Shown piece after piece: positions 32,646 to 43,530 of a DNA stretch of 64,000 nt. The stretch's first letter is position 1, and each line of letters starts with the position of its first letter. Location: contig CAVSHT010000008.1 of the NCBI GenBank assembly GCA_963727895.1, forward strand, positions 64,001-128,000, read 5' to 3'. The position numbers and the translations under genes are program-made. Under the pieces are notes generated by a model. The model ran no database searches. It saw only the letters and a list, made by a program, of their open reading frames with translations, and had not been told where the DNA came from. The stretch comes from an uncultured Methanosarcinaceae archaeon. GTDB taxonomy: Archaea > Halobacteriota > Methanosarcinia > Methanosarcinales > Methanosarcinaceae.

Positions 32646-34173
32646 CGCACATGCTTTTCTTCGAATAACAAGCACAACTAATGAAAGTACTCTCCGTTCT
32701 TTTTTTGGACTATTAAGCCCTCATTACCTTGGGCAGTAAGGTTGTCTCGATTTTGGTTTTTCAAAACCGTCCTAAAACTAATCAGTGAATTGCCATCGAA
32801 GGCTCAAGTGTGACTTTGATCACGGATGCTAAATTGGCCTTTTAGGCAATTCCACTGCCCAAATAAATTTGGTGATCTAATTTGATTGAAGTCATAAACA
32901 AAGCTTGTGGTTTAGACATTCACAAACTCTTTTTCATTGCTACAATTTTCAGTAGATCTGGTGAAAAACAACAGCAACGTTTCAACAGAGATGATGAAGG
33001 AATTTTAGCCCTTAAAAATTGGGTAATATCAGAAAAATGTGATGTTGTTGCATGTGAATCAACCAGCTACTTTTGGGTTCCGATTCATGATTCATTGGTA
33101 AAGCATCTAACTGTGATAGTTGGAAATGCGCGAGATATGAAGGTATTTACCCATAAAAAACAGATAAGATTGACTCAGAAGTCATTGCACAACTTGCACT
33201 TAATAATATGATTCAGCCATCAAGAGTTTTTCCAAAGGATCATATAGATTTTAGATCATATGTTCGACTTCGGTTAACACTTGTACAAAAAAGAACAGAT
33301 TTAAAAAATAAAGCTCACTCAATTCTTGCATCTGAAATTCAATTCTTGCATCTGAAATGCTACACCTGAATAATGTGCTGACAGACGTTTTTGGCAAGAA
33401 TGGCAGAATGATCTTATTAGGAATCTCTTCAGGTAAGAGTGTTGATCAGATTATTGCAAGCCTCTCTCCAAATGTTCGGAAAAAAGCTGCTCAGATAAGA
33501 GAAATTCTTGATCGAGAAATTTCTCAAAGTGCTGCATTCAGACTTCAGATCTGTCTGAAACTCATAAAAAGTCTTGATGATGAACTCGAAGCTTTAGAAA
33601 CAGAAATTTTCAATTATGCTTCTCGAAATCATAAGCGAGAAATGGAGATTTTAATGTCAGTTCCAGGTATAGGGGAACTTGGTGCGGCAATTTTACTTGC
33701 TGAAATAGGCAACTTTAAGGATTTTTCTTCTGGAAATAAGCTTGCTTCTTGGCTTGGTCTAGTTCCTAATGTGTATCAATCTGCAGATAAATACTATAAC
33801 GGCAGAATCACAAAGAGGGGATCAAAAGTAGCAAAGTGGATTCTGACACAGATTGCTTAAGCAGCAGCAAGAAAGAAGAATAGCAGGTTAAAAGAGTTTT
33901 TTAACAGAAAAAAGAAGTCGATTGGACATGCAAAAGCAATTATTGCCTTAGCAAGGAAAATTGCAACGATACTATGGCATCTTATTACAAACGATGAGAT
34001 GGACGAAGATGAAACCGGATATCAAAAGAGAAATCCAAAAGAGAAAGATTATTGAGACTGAGATTTTTTAGGTTGATGAACTGATTAAAATAATTAGTGG
34101 AATATTTGCGATTATGGGGAAAAAGGATCAAGAGAGCACGTGAGGATAATCTCCTCATGTACTTTCATGCTAA
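32646..34173 (+). mobile_element. IS110-family element; transposase (32882-~34070) is a pseudogene
   Basis: DEDD N-domain (CGLDIHK, ACESTS) and Tnp20 C-domain (SVPGIG, AEIG, LASWLGLVP..YQSA, GRITKRG). No TSD; AA core at both junctions. Frameshifts include a 20-bp duplication at 33319-33358, and there is a stop at 33858. Confidence 0.9.
32729..32862 (+). ncRNA. Putative IS110 bridge RNA core (target-binding and donor-binding loops)
   Basis: Closing stem TTGGGCAGT/ACTGCCCAA. Two internal stem-loops whose loop segments match the target and donor junctions. Confidence 0.65.
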
Positions 34174-34416
34174 ATCATCCTATTGAGCGAAAGCCCAATC
34201 CTTCAAGATAGAGTTGTAAAGCCTGTCTTTTTACAGAAGCGGAAAAAGCAGTTGATTTTAGCTCTACTGTATAGTTATATCCACAATCATGGCATTTGTA
34301 GCGTTGACGCCCACCAACTATACCATTCTTTTTGTAATTAGAACTATTGCATCTGGGGCAGTTCATGAAGAAATATATGTTATAAGCATATATATCTATT
34401 TTTTAGTACCAATACC

Positions 34417-34451
34417 AAATAAAGAACTGGATATATTTAAGTAACAATGCC
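34417..34451 (+). mobile_element. Orphan IS1 right-end fragment abutting copy 5
   Basis: AAATAAAGAACTGGATATATTTAAGTAACAATGCC matches the right end of copy 4 (~26125-26159). Confidence 0.8.
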
Positions 34452-34953
34452 AAATAATAAAATGTCATAGTCTATAAAAATCAAGAAGAGTCTTCTCACT
34501 TGATAAATAAAGTATATTAAAATAGCTGTTTTCCTCAAGATCTTTTGTCCTGCCCAAAAGCTATTTACTTAATAGGCTCTCTATTTTTGCTACAATGGTT
34601 CTAAAACGCAGGAGAAGAATTATTAAAGAAAACCCAGTTATCTAGCCTAAATACCTGGTAATAAATACAAAAAAATCTTGACAATGCAAACTTGAAATAT
34701 GAGAAGGGGGAGTTTGTAACAATTGTTGAGGCATTGAGATTCGACTTCGTTTTCCGATATCTTTGACTACGTTTAGATTTTATGGAAAGCAGGAAGATTA
34801 ATTTATAAATTACTAAGGTAGCTGAATCAAAATATAATTAGATTTTACAATATAAGATTTTTATTGTGTGTCTAGTCATAATAAAAACCTGATCTAAAAG
34901 ACTGATAGAATTAACAGGCTTATGGACGGGAAAATTACAGATGAGGAAAAAAG

Positions 34954-35409
34954 ATGGAGTATGTAAAAGGAAGAATTGGTAGGGTATTTACCGTCAGGAT
35001 TGATCATGGCGATGATTTGATTCTAGAACTTATAAAACTTGCTGAATTGGAACATATTGAATCTGCCATTTTTATGCTGCTTGGAGCATTAAAGGAAGCA
35101 ACGCTTGTAGCAGGTCCAAAAAAAAATATAGTTCCTCCAGAACCTGTATGGTTTGGCTTTAATGATGCTCATGAAATCCTGGGAATAGGAAATATATTCT
35201 TAAAGGACGGAAAACCAATGGTTCACCTGCATGCGGGAGCAGGCAGGGGGGACGATGTAAAAGTGGGATGTTTAAGAGGAGAAAGTGAAGTTTTTATGGT
35301 AGTTGAGGCTTTCGTCCTTGAACTGGATGGCATCTCTGCCAGAAGAATTGAAGATAAGGAGCAGGGCTTTGCTCCTGTACGTTTTGGTCAAGCTTCTAAC
35401 ATAGAATGA
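34954..35409 (+). CDS. PPC/DUF296-domain protein
   Basis: RIDHGDDL, LGAL, HEILGIGNI, VHLHA, GCL motifs. Confidence 0.85.
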   Translation: MEYVKGRIGRVFTVRIDHGDDLILELIKLAELEHIESAIFMLLGALKEATLVAGPKKNIVPPEPVWFGFNDAHEILGIGNIFLKDGKPMVHLHAGAGRGDDVKVGCLRGESEVFMVVEAFVLELDGISARRIEDKEQGFAPVRFGQASNIE

Positions 35410-35501
35410 CAATTCTTCAAGTAAAACAAGCTCTATATAGTATCTCGAAAAGTTGGGTATAACAAGGAAAATTAATATTCAATCCTACATTTTGCTCAAA
35501 A

Positions 35502-35891
35502 TTAGTTTTGTAACATTGTATCTATTTCCCGAAGCCTTTTTAGTGCAATTAATTTTTCCTTGTTATCTTTTAAGAAATTTTCTTCAAGGATCTTTACAAT
35601 TTGTGGGAAGGGTACTGTTAACTGATAATACTTCACAGGTCTGCCTTTTCCTTTATTCTTTTTTTCAGACCTTTCATCCACCCAGCCTCTATCTTTCAGG
35701 GGACGCATGGCTACACTCACTTCCGGTTGCCTCAGTCCTGATACAAGTTCGATGTGAAGGGACCTAAGCTCACTGCAATCTTTAAGGCATACGATTGCGG
35801 TAGCCTCTGTCCTTGGGAGTCCTAGGCTTTGGAGCATATCAATGATTGAATACTCTTTTTCGGTTAAATTAACGGGAGAATCGTCGGTCAT
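35502..35891 (-). CDS. Winged-HTH transcriptional regulator (TrmB/ArsR-like)
   Basis: LGL...EA, IE...GLRQPEVSVAM..L...GWV, GKGRP...Y motifs. Confidence 0.8.
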   Translation of the reverse strand: MTDDSPVNLTEKEYSIIDMLQSLGLPRTEATAIVCLKDCSELRSLHIELVSGLRQPEVSVAMRPLKDRGWVDERSEKKNKGKGRPVKYYQLTVPFPQIVKILEENFLKDNKEKLIALKRLREIDTMLQN

Positions 35892-36473
35892 CGAGGAAGA
35901 ATAATACTTTCAGGTTTATATATTTTATGTAGATAAAATTGTTTTATTAAATAAATTGAGTATAGTTACAGAGTAAAATAGCTATCGGACCCTAAGAAAT
36001 CCTTTTTTTGGAATGTTTTAATATAAAAACTAATATTTGTAAATCTTCGGAAAAAAACAGGTTTTGTGATCCTGACCAAAACCTTTAAAGCTAGTGTTTG
36101 CAGGAAATGAATACTTCTGAATTAGAAAACCTACTAGATAAGGGTTAAAAATAAGAAAAGCTCCTTTAAACACTGGAAGTATGATATTCCTGAATTTACA
36201 GGAATACAAATATCGCTATCTAATGAAAAAGTATTTCTGGATTCGGAATTTCAATATAACTCTTTATGTGTTAATTAAAGGTTCTTATGAGAAAATAGCG
36301 TAAAACTTAATTAAAATTATTCTCGTTAACCGAATAAAGAATTAAATACAATTTTGACATCTAACGGTTAGGTTAAAGTCAAGTTTCAAACTAAGGTTTA
36401 AGTCTCAGATTAAGCTTAAGCTTCAAATAACAGAATATATCTATAGATAGATCAAGATAAAAAGGGTGAAATG

Positions 36474-37760
36474 ATGTCGTATATCGGTCTACAGCAGGAT
36501 TCTGGAGAATACAAAATCCAAAAGATACATGCTCGGGAGATTCTGGATTCAAGAGGAAATCCCACTATTGAAGTTGATGTGTTTACACCAAAGGGATTTG
36601 GCAGAGCCAGTGTTCCTTCTGGGGCTTCCACTGGTACAAATGAAGCCCTTGAACTGCAGGATGCAGACCCCAATAGATATGAAGGAAAAGGAGCTCTTAC
36701 TGCAGTAAAGAATGTGAACACTATTATCCAGAAAGAATTACTGGGGCTTGATGTACGAAACCAGCGGGAAATCGATGAGCTAATGATTGAGCTCGATGAG
36801 ACTGATAACAAATCAAACCTTGGAGCAAACGCAATCCTTGGAGTATCAATGGGTGTTGCAAAAGCAGCTGCAGATTCCCTTAATATTCCACTCTACCGGT
36901 ATTTTGGAGGTTCAAATGCTTTTACTTTACCGGTACCCACAATGAATGTCCTTAATGGAGGCAAGCACGCGGGCAATGAGCTTGCAATTCAGGAATTTAT
37001 GATTCAGCCCAAAGGGGCAGAAACCTTTTATGAAGCTCTCCAGATTGGGGCAGAAATTTATCATACTCTTGGTAAAATCCTTGAAAAGAAATACGGTAGG
37101 TCCTCAACTAATGTGGGCTATGAAGGAGGATATGCCCCAAAAATGAGTGAATCAACCGAAGCCCTTGATGCCCTTGTCCAGGCTATTGAGGAAGCAGGCT
37201 ATACTGATACCGAGGTCACAATCGGGCTTGATGCTGCAGCTTCTGAGTTTTACGAAGACGAAACCTACACAATTGACGGAAAGAAACTCACTTCTTCGGA
37301 ATTGATGGATTACTATGTAGAACTTGTGAATTCCTATCCTATCCTTTCAATTGAAGACCCCTTCTATGAAGAAGCCTTTGAGGACTTCGAAGCCCTGACC
37401 AATGAATTATGGGATACAATTATTGTAGGAGATGATCTCTTTGTTACAAATATTGAGAGGCTATCAAAAGGTGTTGACATGGGAGCAGCAAATGCACTCT
37501 TACTAAAGGTCAACCAGATTGGAACCCTTTCTGAAGCTTTTGACGCTGCAAACATGGCTTCAAGAAACGGCTATACTGTAATAGTAAGCCACCGCTCTGC
37601 CGAAACCGAAGACACAACAATCGCGGACATCGCAGTAGCTATCGGAGCAGAAATGATCAAGACCGGAGCTCCGGCCCGTGGAGAAAGAACTGCAAAGTAT
37701 AATCAGCTTCTCAGAATAGAAGAAGATCTTGGTGAAGTCGCACATTACGTGCAGCTTTAA
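36474..37760 (+). CDS. eno: Enolase
   Basis: [69 protein letters not shown]. Confidence 0.97.
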   Translation: MSYIGLQQDSGEYKIQKIHAREILDSRGNPTIEVDVFTPKGFGRASVPSGASTGTNEALELQDADPNRYEGKGALTAVKNVNTIIQKELLGLDVRNQREIDELMIELDETDNKSNLGANAILGVSMGVAKAAADSLNIPLYRYFGGSNAFTLPVPTMNVLNGGKHAGNELAIQEFMIQPKGAETFYEALQIGAEIYHTLGKILEKKYGRSSTNVGYEGGYAPKMSESTEALDALVQAIEEAGYTDTEVTIGLDAAASEFYEDETYTIDGKKLTSSELMDYYVELVNSYPILSIEDPFYEEAFEDFEALTNELWDTIIVGDDLFVTNIERLSKGVDMGAANALLLKVNQIGTLSEAFDAANMASRNGYTVIVSHRSAETEDTTIADIAVAIGAEMIKTGAPARGERTAKYNQLLRIEEDLGEVAHYVQL

Positions 37761-37984
37761 CCTTTTTTATTTTCGTTATTAATCTCTTTTTTGTTTTTTC
37801 TTTTCTTAATTTTTGTAATATACTCTTTTGTAATGAATACTAAAATCAATAGTTTATTTACCAAGATTAATTGAAGATTTATAAATCGATAAATTGACAA
37901 ATTGTTTACACATTAGTTTACAAATTTATATTCAACAAACAGATATATGAATTAATTATTGTAATGGGTGTAAGAGGCGCTTTT

Positions 37985-38629
37985 ATGATTGAAATGAAGT
38001 TACACGGTACATACAACATCTATTATGCCATTATAGGAATGAGGAACCCTATGAATTCCTGGCATCTTATGGACAGTAGCAAGCCCGATGAGGCCGGAAA
38101 CTGCAAGCTAGGAGAAAAGGACCTGAACCTGGCCCAGCGCCTGACCCTTGCAGGAAATGAACATGGCAAGTTTTTAAGGTTCATTACTGTCTGTTTTGAC
38201 CTTACAGCTCCTCTCTACTGGTGGAAGGAATTTGACACCTACAAGTTTGCAGAAAAGAACTCCACTTCAACGATGCATAAGCTAACCAGCAGAGAACTTG
38301 TTCCTCAAGATTTTTCTTTTGATACCCTGACAGATTACAGGAGTGAACAGATCCGGCATCTTAATGACCTTATCAAAGACTACAAATCCCATGAAGAAGA
38401 CAGCAAAGAAGAAAATGCTTATCGGAAAGCAATTTTCAGGGAACTTGTGCAGGATCTGCCAAGCGCATTTCTGCAGAAAAGGACAATTATAACCAATTAC
38501 GCTGAACTTCGAAATATTTACTTCCAGCGCCGCAATCACAAGCTTGATGAGTGGAAAGAGTTCTGCACCTGGATAAAAGAGACGTTACCGTATGCAGAAG
38601 AGTTAATTTGCTTAGAAAATAAGGGATAA
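37985..38629 (+). CDS. Divergent ThyX-like (FAD-dependent thymidylate synthase fold) protein
   Basis: EH.KFLR, APLYWWKEFDTYK, NSTSTMH, LP..F.Q.R....NY..L.NIY.QRR.H motifs. The canonical RHRx7S motif is altered. Confidence 0.6.
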   Translation: MIEMKLHGTYNIYYAIIGMRNPMNSWHLMDSSKPDEAGNCKLGEKDLNLAQRLTLAGNEHGKFLRFITVCFDLTAPLYWWKEFDTYKFAEKNSTSTMHKLTSRELVPQDFSFDTLTDYRSEQIRHLNDLIKDYKSHEEDSKEENAYRKAIFRELVQDLPSAFLQKRTIITNYAELRNIYFQRRNHKLDEWKEFCTWIKETLPYAEELICLENKG

Positions 38630-39121
38630 AACTAAAAATATTTTTAAAACAACCCTGCTGGAAATCAAATTGCGTGCGGCCATCTCATCCAAAAAGATGA
38701 GATACGCTTTGAGCCGCACTCTCAGTTTCAGGGGTCCGAAATTTTCAATTATTCTTTGATCAGGTTTTACTGATTTAGAAGATTTGGATTCTGCTTTCGG
38801 TTTTTTATGATTCCTTGACATAATGTTTAATTATGTTAGCTGTTACATTTTCAACTGATTAATAGAATTTGCCACTTGACCATAGACTTCCACTCTAATA
38901 TCGTTTTTTATAATTCAGGATGAAGCTTGAAAAGTCTGTAAGAACTTCCTTCTTTCAGTATTGAATATTGAATAACTTGCGATAAGGAATTACCTGGATG
39001 AAATTCTACGAATAAGTGAACATAATCATCTACAATTTCCAGAGCATGAATCTTGTAGCCTTGCTCATTGCAAATGTTGTTGAAGTTCAATTCACAATCC
39101 TTTTTTATTCGCTTATTGTAG

Positions 39122-39251
39122 GAGCCTATCCTAAAACTCAAAATTTGCTTATTAGGCATTCAATTTCATATATTCAACCAAGATTTTGATTGTGAAAACA
39201 ATTCCGACAATTCCCAACAATTAAGAATAAAGTAGCTTTTGGGATAGGCTC
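39122..39251. mobile_element. MITE, same family as 4694-4821, TSD TAG
   Basis: TIR GAGCCTATCC. TAG on both sides. Confidence 0.88.
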
Positions 39252-39285
39252 TAGATATATTGTATCGATACTTTGGCACCACCTA

Positions 39286-40360
39286 TAATCACCACTTTAA
39301 ATAATGCGACATTTTATGTTTAAATGTATGTTTCTCCCAAAATTCATTCATTTCTCCCTTTAATGCTTCAATATTTTTAAATGATTTTATTGACGTTAAG
39401 TTTTCTCCTGTCACTTTCCAACAGTATTCTACTGGGTTCCTATCTGGAGTAGCTGGAGGGAAAAATATTATTTTCAACCAATGCTTATTATTTTGATAAA
39501 ATTCCTTTGTCTTTGCTGATCTATGCCATGTAGCTCTGTCCAGTAAAAGAAATATCCTTGCCCCTATATCTCTTTGAAACTTGATTAATGATTTTAAGTA
39601 AGAGTCTGTATTCTGTGTAATTCCTAAATCATACCAATAAAATTCTCCATTTTCAGTGTAGAATCCCCAATATTGATTTTTTCTTTTGAACCACTTGTAA
39701 ATTTAATAGGTTTTGAGCCCTTTATTGCCCAATATCTTGATCTATTTGAATCCACACAAAAATTACTTTCATCATGGGTAACGAATAAATGGTTAGGGTT
39801 TAGTAATCTGTTTTTTGGACTTCTCTTATGAACTATTTTTTAAGCACCTCATTTCTTCTTTTAGATTGAGGTCGACATGTGATTTTTCTCAACCCTAAAT
39901 TTTTTAAAATTTGTCTCATTCTTGATTTGGAATAAGATACTCCAAATTTTTCCTTGACAAATTGAACTGCATCTTTTGTTTGCCAACCACGAGAATAAAC
40001 ATCATCTGTTGGTATAGGTTCTAAAAATGCCTCTCTTAACTCAGATAATTGTTCTGCAGTTAAAAAAGACTTGATTCTTCGACCAGGTTTATATTTAAGG
40101 CTAAACAAACCGTCGGTTTCAGCTCGTTTTATCCAGCGATGAACAGTTGAATGGTGAACTGAAAAATCGTCGGCAACTTTAGCGGGACTCAAACCATTTT
40201 TGACCAATAATAAGGCTTGAAGTTTAATCTGCTCGTTTTTGTTACAGGAATTTATGATAGCTGTAGAAATATCAAAAGTTGTAAACATTTCCAAACTCAT
40301 ATATAAAATTATATACTAATTTCAGGTATAATAATGTTGCAGTAAATACAGAGGTGACTA
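39286..40360 (-). mobile_element. IS630-family element copy 2 (TA TSD); DDE ORF frameshifted near 39665
   Basis: TIRs TAATCACC/GGTGACTA. Near-identical to 24937-26760 without the IS1. Confidence 0.9.
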
Positions 40361-40985
40361 TATGTCCAGAGTGCCAAAAAGCTCATTTTACAAAAAAGTA
40401 ATGATTTAGAGAATTAAAGAGAGAAAAGAAGAGACGAGGGTTCGCCTTGTTCCCAACCTAAAGGTCGGAATATTCGCGATGCTCTGCGCTTCCATTGTAA
40501 TAAATAAGGTAGTATAACTTATTCAATACATTAAACTCGAGCTTTAAGGCATGGAATTCAAAAGATAGTTAAAATCAAAAGAGATCTTAGTTTCTATTTG
40601 ATATCAAGATAGTACAAGAAATCTAAATGTGTAAAAAGTATTGATCAAAAACTAATTTTTGCCTTAATATTTTGCTTTCACCATAAAGATTTGTGTGTAA
40701 TCTTCTAAATCTTGACGATATTATGGTAGTTAGTATTGACTGAAAAATACGTGGGAACTTTAAAGATCGTTTTGAAACACAAATTTATAGGAGAAAATAC
40801 ATATAATTTAACATATCAAATATTCAAAAGAGCTTTCTTGTTTTTTGAAGCGATGTGATAATTTTTCAACAAAAATTGTAGTTCCAAAAAATATTAATAT
40901 TAACTTAAGTCGGGATAAAAATAGGAAACTTTACTTATTAAAGAGAATTTTATAAAGTTTATTGAGGCATAAAGAGTGAAAAAAC

Positions 40986-41294
40986 ATGACTAAAAAACAA
41001 TTAGCAATTGCTTGTACTCTCTTATTCATAATAGCTCATATGTTCAGACGATGGAAAAAGATGCAAAAATCTCTTGTATGGAAAGGGTTTCTAATTGAAT
41101 CTATGTGGGTAGATGGCTATAGAGACCTATCACTTTTCGAGAAATTTGTTTTTTGGGTGGATTATCCGTTCTCGTATGTTAAATTTTTATGGGTTGTCAT
41201 ATGGGATTATATTGATAGACTATTTTTTAGAAATTCAAGGATAGGATTCACTAAAACAAGAGTTGAATACCGAAAGTCCTACAAAATAGAATAA
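40986..41294 (+). CDS. Hypothetical membrane-associated protein
   Basis: 102-aa ORF, SD-like GAGTGA, aromatic/hydrophobic composition. Confidence 0.5.
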   Translation: MTKKQLAIACTLLFIIAHMFRRWKKMQKSLVWKGFLIESMWVDGYRDLSLFEKFVFWVDYPFSYVKFLWVVIWDYIDRLFFRNSRIGFTKTRVEYRKSYKIE

Positions 41295-41592
41295 TATGAA
41301 AAGTTACTTGTTATGTTGAAAAACTCTTATTGTTCTTGATAATCTTTTGAATATATATTATATTGGAATTTCTGCATATTTCAATCTACATACGTTCTTT
41401 AGGCGTAGAGCCTTAATTCAATTATCTTAACTAAGTTATAGTTATAGTTCTATGAAAAAAGTTTTGTGAAAAAACGGAAACATTAACACGTTTTGACATC
41501 GTCTTATAACTTTGATATTAAATCTGTTTTTCAATGGGTTTGAAAGTGGAAAACTATTAAAAATCATGGCAACAACTTAAAGCAGAAAGGTA

Positions 41593-42798
41593 ATGGAAAT
41601 GCTTTACAGAAAAATGCCAACGAACGGTGACGAACTTTCAATACTCGGATTTGGGTGTATGCGTCTTCCAGTGAAAGAAGACGGCACAATAGATGAAGAA
41701 AGAGCTACCAAGCAAGTTCGCTATGCAATTGATCATGGAGTAAATTACATAGATACTGCATGGCCGTATCATATGGGAGAAAGCGAGCCTTTCCTTGGAA
41801 AAGCCCTTGCCGAGGGATACAGAGAAAAGGTTAAAATCGCCACGAAACTTCCATCCTGGACAATACAAAAAGCAGATGATATGGACCGAATCTTGAATGC
41901 CCAGCTTGAGAGACTAAGGACAGATCATATAGATTATTATATGGTACATGGGCTTGTAGGGATTTTGTGGGATAAAATGGAAAAGCTTGATATCCTGAAC
42001 TTTCTTGACAGAGCAAAGGCTGATGGACGAATTATAAATGCAGGTTTTTCCTTTCATGGATCGGTTGAGGATTTCAAGCGGATTGTTGATGCATATCCCT
42101 GGGCTTTCTGCCAGATACAGTATAATTTTCTGGATGAAAAACATCAAGCAGGAACTGAAGGGCTTGAGTATGCCGCTTCAAAAGGACTTGGCGTAATTAT
42201 AATGGAGCCTCTGCGCGGAGGGAAGCTTACAAACCCCGTGCCTCCAGAGGTACAGCATATCTGGAACGAAGCAGAAGTAAAACGAACCCCTGCAGAGTGG
42301 GCCCTTCGCTGGGTGTGGAACCGACCTGAGGTTACAGTTGTACTTTCAGGAATGAATGAAGAATCACAGGTAGAAGAGAACCTGAAAATTGCAGATGAAG
42401 CCTACCCAAATTCCCTGACTGAAACCGAACTGCAACTTGTCAAAAAAGTGGAAAAAAAGTACAGGGAACTTATGAAGACAGGTTGTACTGGTTGCAGATA
42501 CTGTTTACCCTGTCCTTCGGGCGTGGATATCCCTGGCTGTTTTGAAATCTACGATAATTACTACCTGTCAGGCAATGAAAAAGAAGCGAAACTGATGTAT
42601 GCAGCAAAACCCGGAGGAATTATTAGAGGTGACGTCCCTGCATATGCATCCCAATGTGTGCAGTGCAGACAGTGCGTTGAGAAATGCCCACAACATCTTG
42701 ATATCCCTTCCCTGCTTGAAGCTGTGAAAGAGAAATTTGAGGGAAAAGACCTGAAAGGATGGAAAGTTATGGCAAAAAAAGCTTTTAGGAAAGAATAA
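41593..42798 (+). CDS. Aldo/keto reductase with a C-terminal 4Fe-4S dicluster domain
   Basis: LGFGCMRLP, YIDTAWPYH, IATKLP, GFSFH, MEPLRGG, CTGCRYCLPCP, CVQCRQCVEKCPQ. Confidence 0.92.
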   Translation: MEMLYRKMPTNGDELSILGFGCMRLPVKEDGTIDEERATKQVRYAIDHGVNYIDTAWPYHMGESEPFLGKALAEGYREKVKIATKLPSWTIQKADDMDRILNAQLERLRTDHIDYYMVHGLVGILWDKMEKLDILNFLDRAKADGRIINAGFSFHGSVEDFKRIVDAYPWAFCQIQYNFLDEKHQAGTEGLEYAASKGLGVIIMEPLRGGKLTNPVPPEVQHIWNEAEVKRTPAEWALRWVWNRPEVTVVLSGMNEESQVEENLKIADEAYPNSLTETELQLVKKVEKKYRELMKTGCTGCRYCLPCPSGVDIPGCFEIYDNYYLSGNEKEAKLMYAAKPGGIIRGDVPAYASQCVQCRQCVEKCPQHLDIPSLLEAVKEKFEGKDLKGWKVMAKKAFRKE

Positions 42799-42924
42799 AG
42801 ATCAGATGATAAAGCACTGATCTTTTTAGCTTTTTAAAGCTTCAGCTTTTATAAACCTTGTCTATGTGTGTTTTTATTAATTTTGTACTGGTTAACTTAT
42901 ATATACATTTTTATTTTTTTTCGT

Positions 42925-43491
42925 TTAGAGTTCCTTGCCTATCGAAAAAGCTTTTCCAATACTGCATCCAACTCCATAATAGTTTCTATTCCCTGGGCTG
43001 TATATCACAGGTTTAATTTTCTCAATATCAGGGTTTCCATTTTCATCAAGTACAGATTCATCGGCTTTAATGTCCACGATTTCCCCTACAAATAATGTAT
43101 GAAGCCCGATTTCAAGAGTATGAAGGAGTTTGCATTCGAGGACAAATGGAAATTCTCCTACATATGGAGCAGGCACAAGCTCACTTCTTACCGGTGTCAG
43201 ACAGGCGGTCTCAAACTTATCTTCTTCCTTTCCGCTTGCAATGCCGAAATGATCCACCTGCTTTACGTAATCTTCTGATGGGATACTGACAGTAAATGCC
43301 TTGTTTTCCATGATACATGCGTAAGTATAAGTCACTTTTCTTAAGGATACGCTGACACATGGAGGATTTGAACAGCAAATTCCTCCCCAGGCTACTGTCA
43401 TGGCATTTGGCTTTCCATTCATGTCATAGGCTCCAACAACCCATGCTGGCGTTGGAAATGTAAGTGGCTTTGCTCCTATTGATTGTTTCAT
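42925..43491 (-). CDS. Flavin reductase-like protein (flavoredoxin)
   Basis: [20 protein letters not shown]...[17 protein letters not shown] motifs. Confidence 0.88.
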   Translation of the reverse strand: MKQSIGAKPLTFPTPAWVVGAYDMNGKPNAMTVAWGGICCSNPPCVSVSLRKVTYTYACIMENKAFTVSIPSEDYVKQVDHFGIASGKEEDKFETACLTPVRSELVPAPYVGEFPFVLECKLLHTLEIGLHTLFVGEIVDIKADESVLDENGNPDIEKIKPVIYSPGNRNYYGVGCSIGKAFSIGKEL

Positions 43492-43530
43492 ACCAGTGCT
43501 TTTGTTTTAGATAAGATATAAATCTATTAT

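Larger units (their letters stand above)
32149..34416 (-). mobile_element. IS1-family element copy 5, split by an IS110 insertion
   Basis: The halves 32149-32645 and 34174-34416 rejoin into a complete IS1 reading ...CCCTAAAAATCATCC... Confidence 0.9.
38908..40500 (-). mobile_element. tnpA: IS200/IS605 tnpA remnant, disrupted by a MITE and an IS630
   Basis: PKYR and IHALEI.DD(Y)VHLFV (degenerate HuH), LK.GSS..L. Subterminal hairpin near 40452-40470. Confidence 0.7.
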
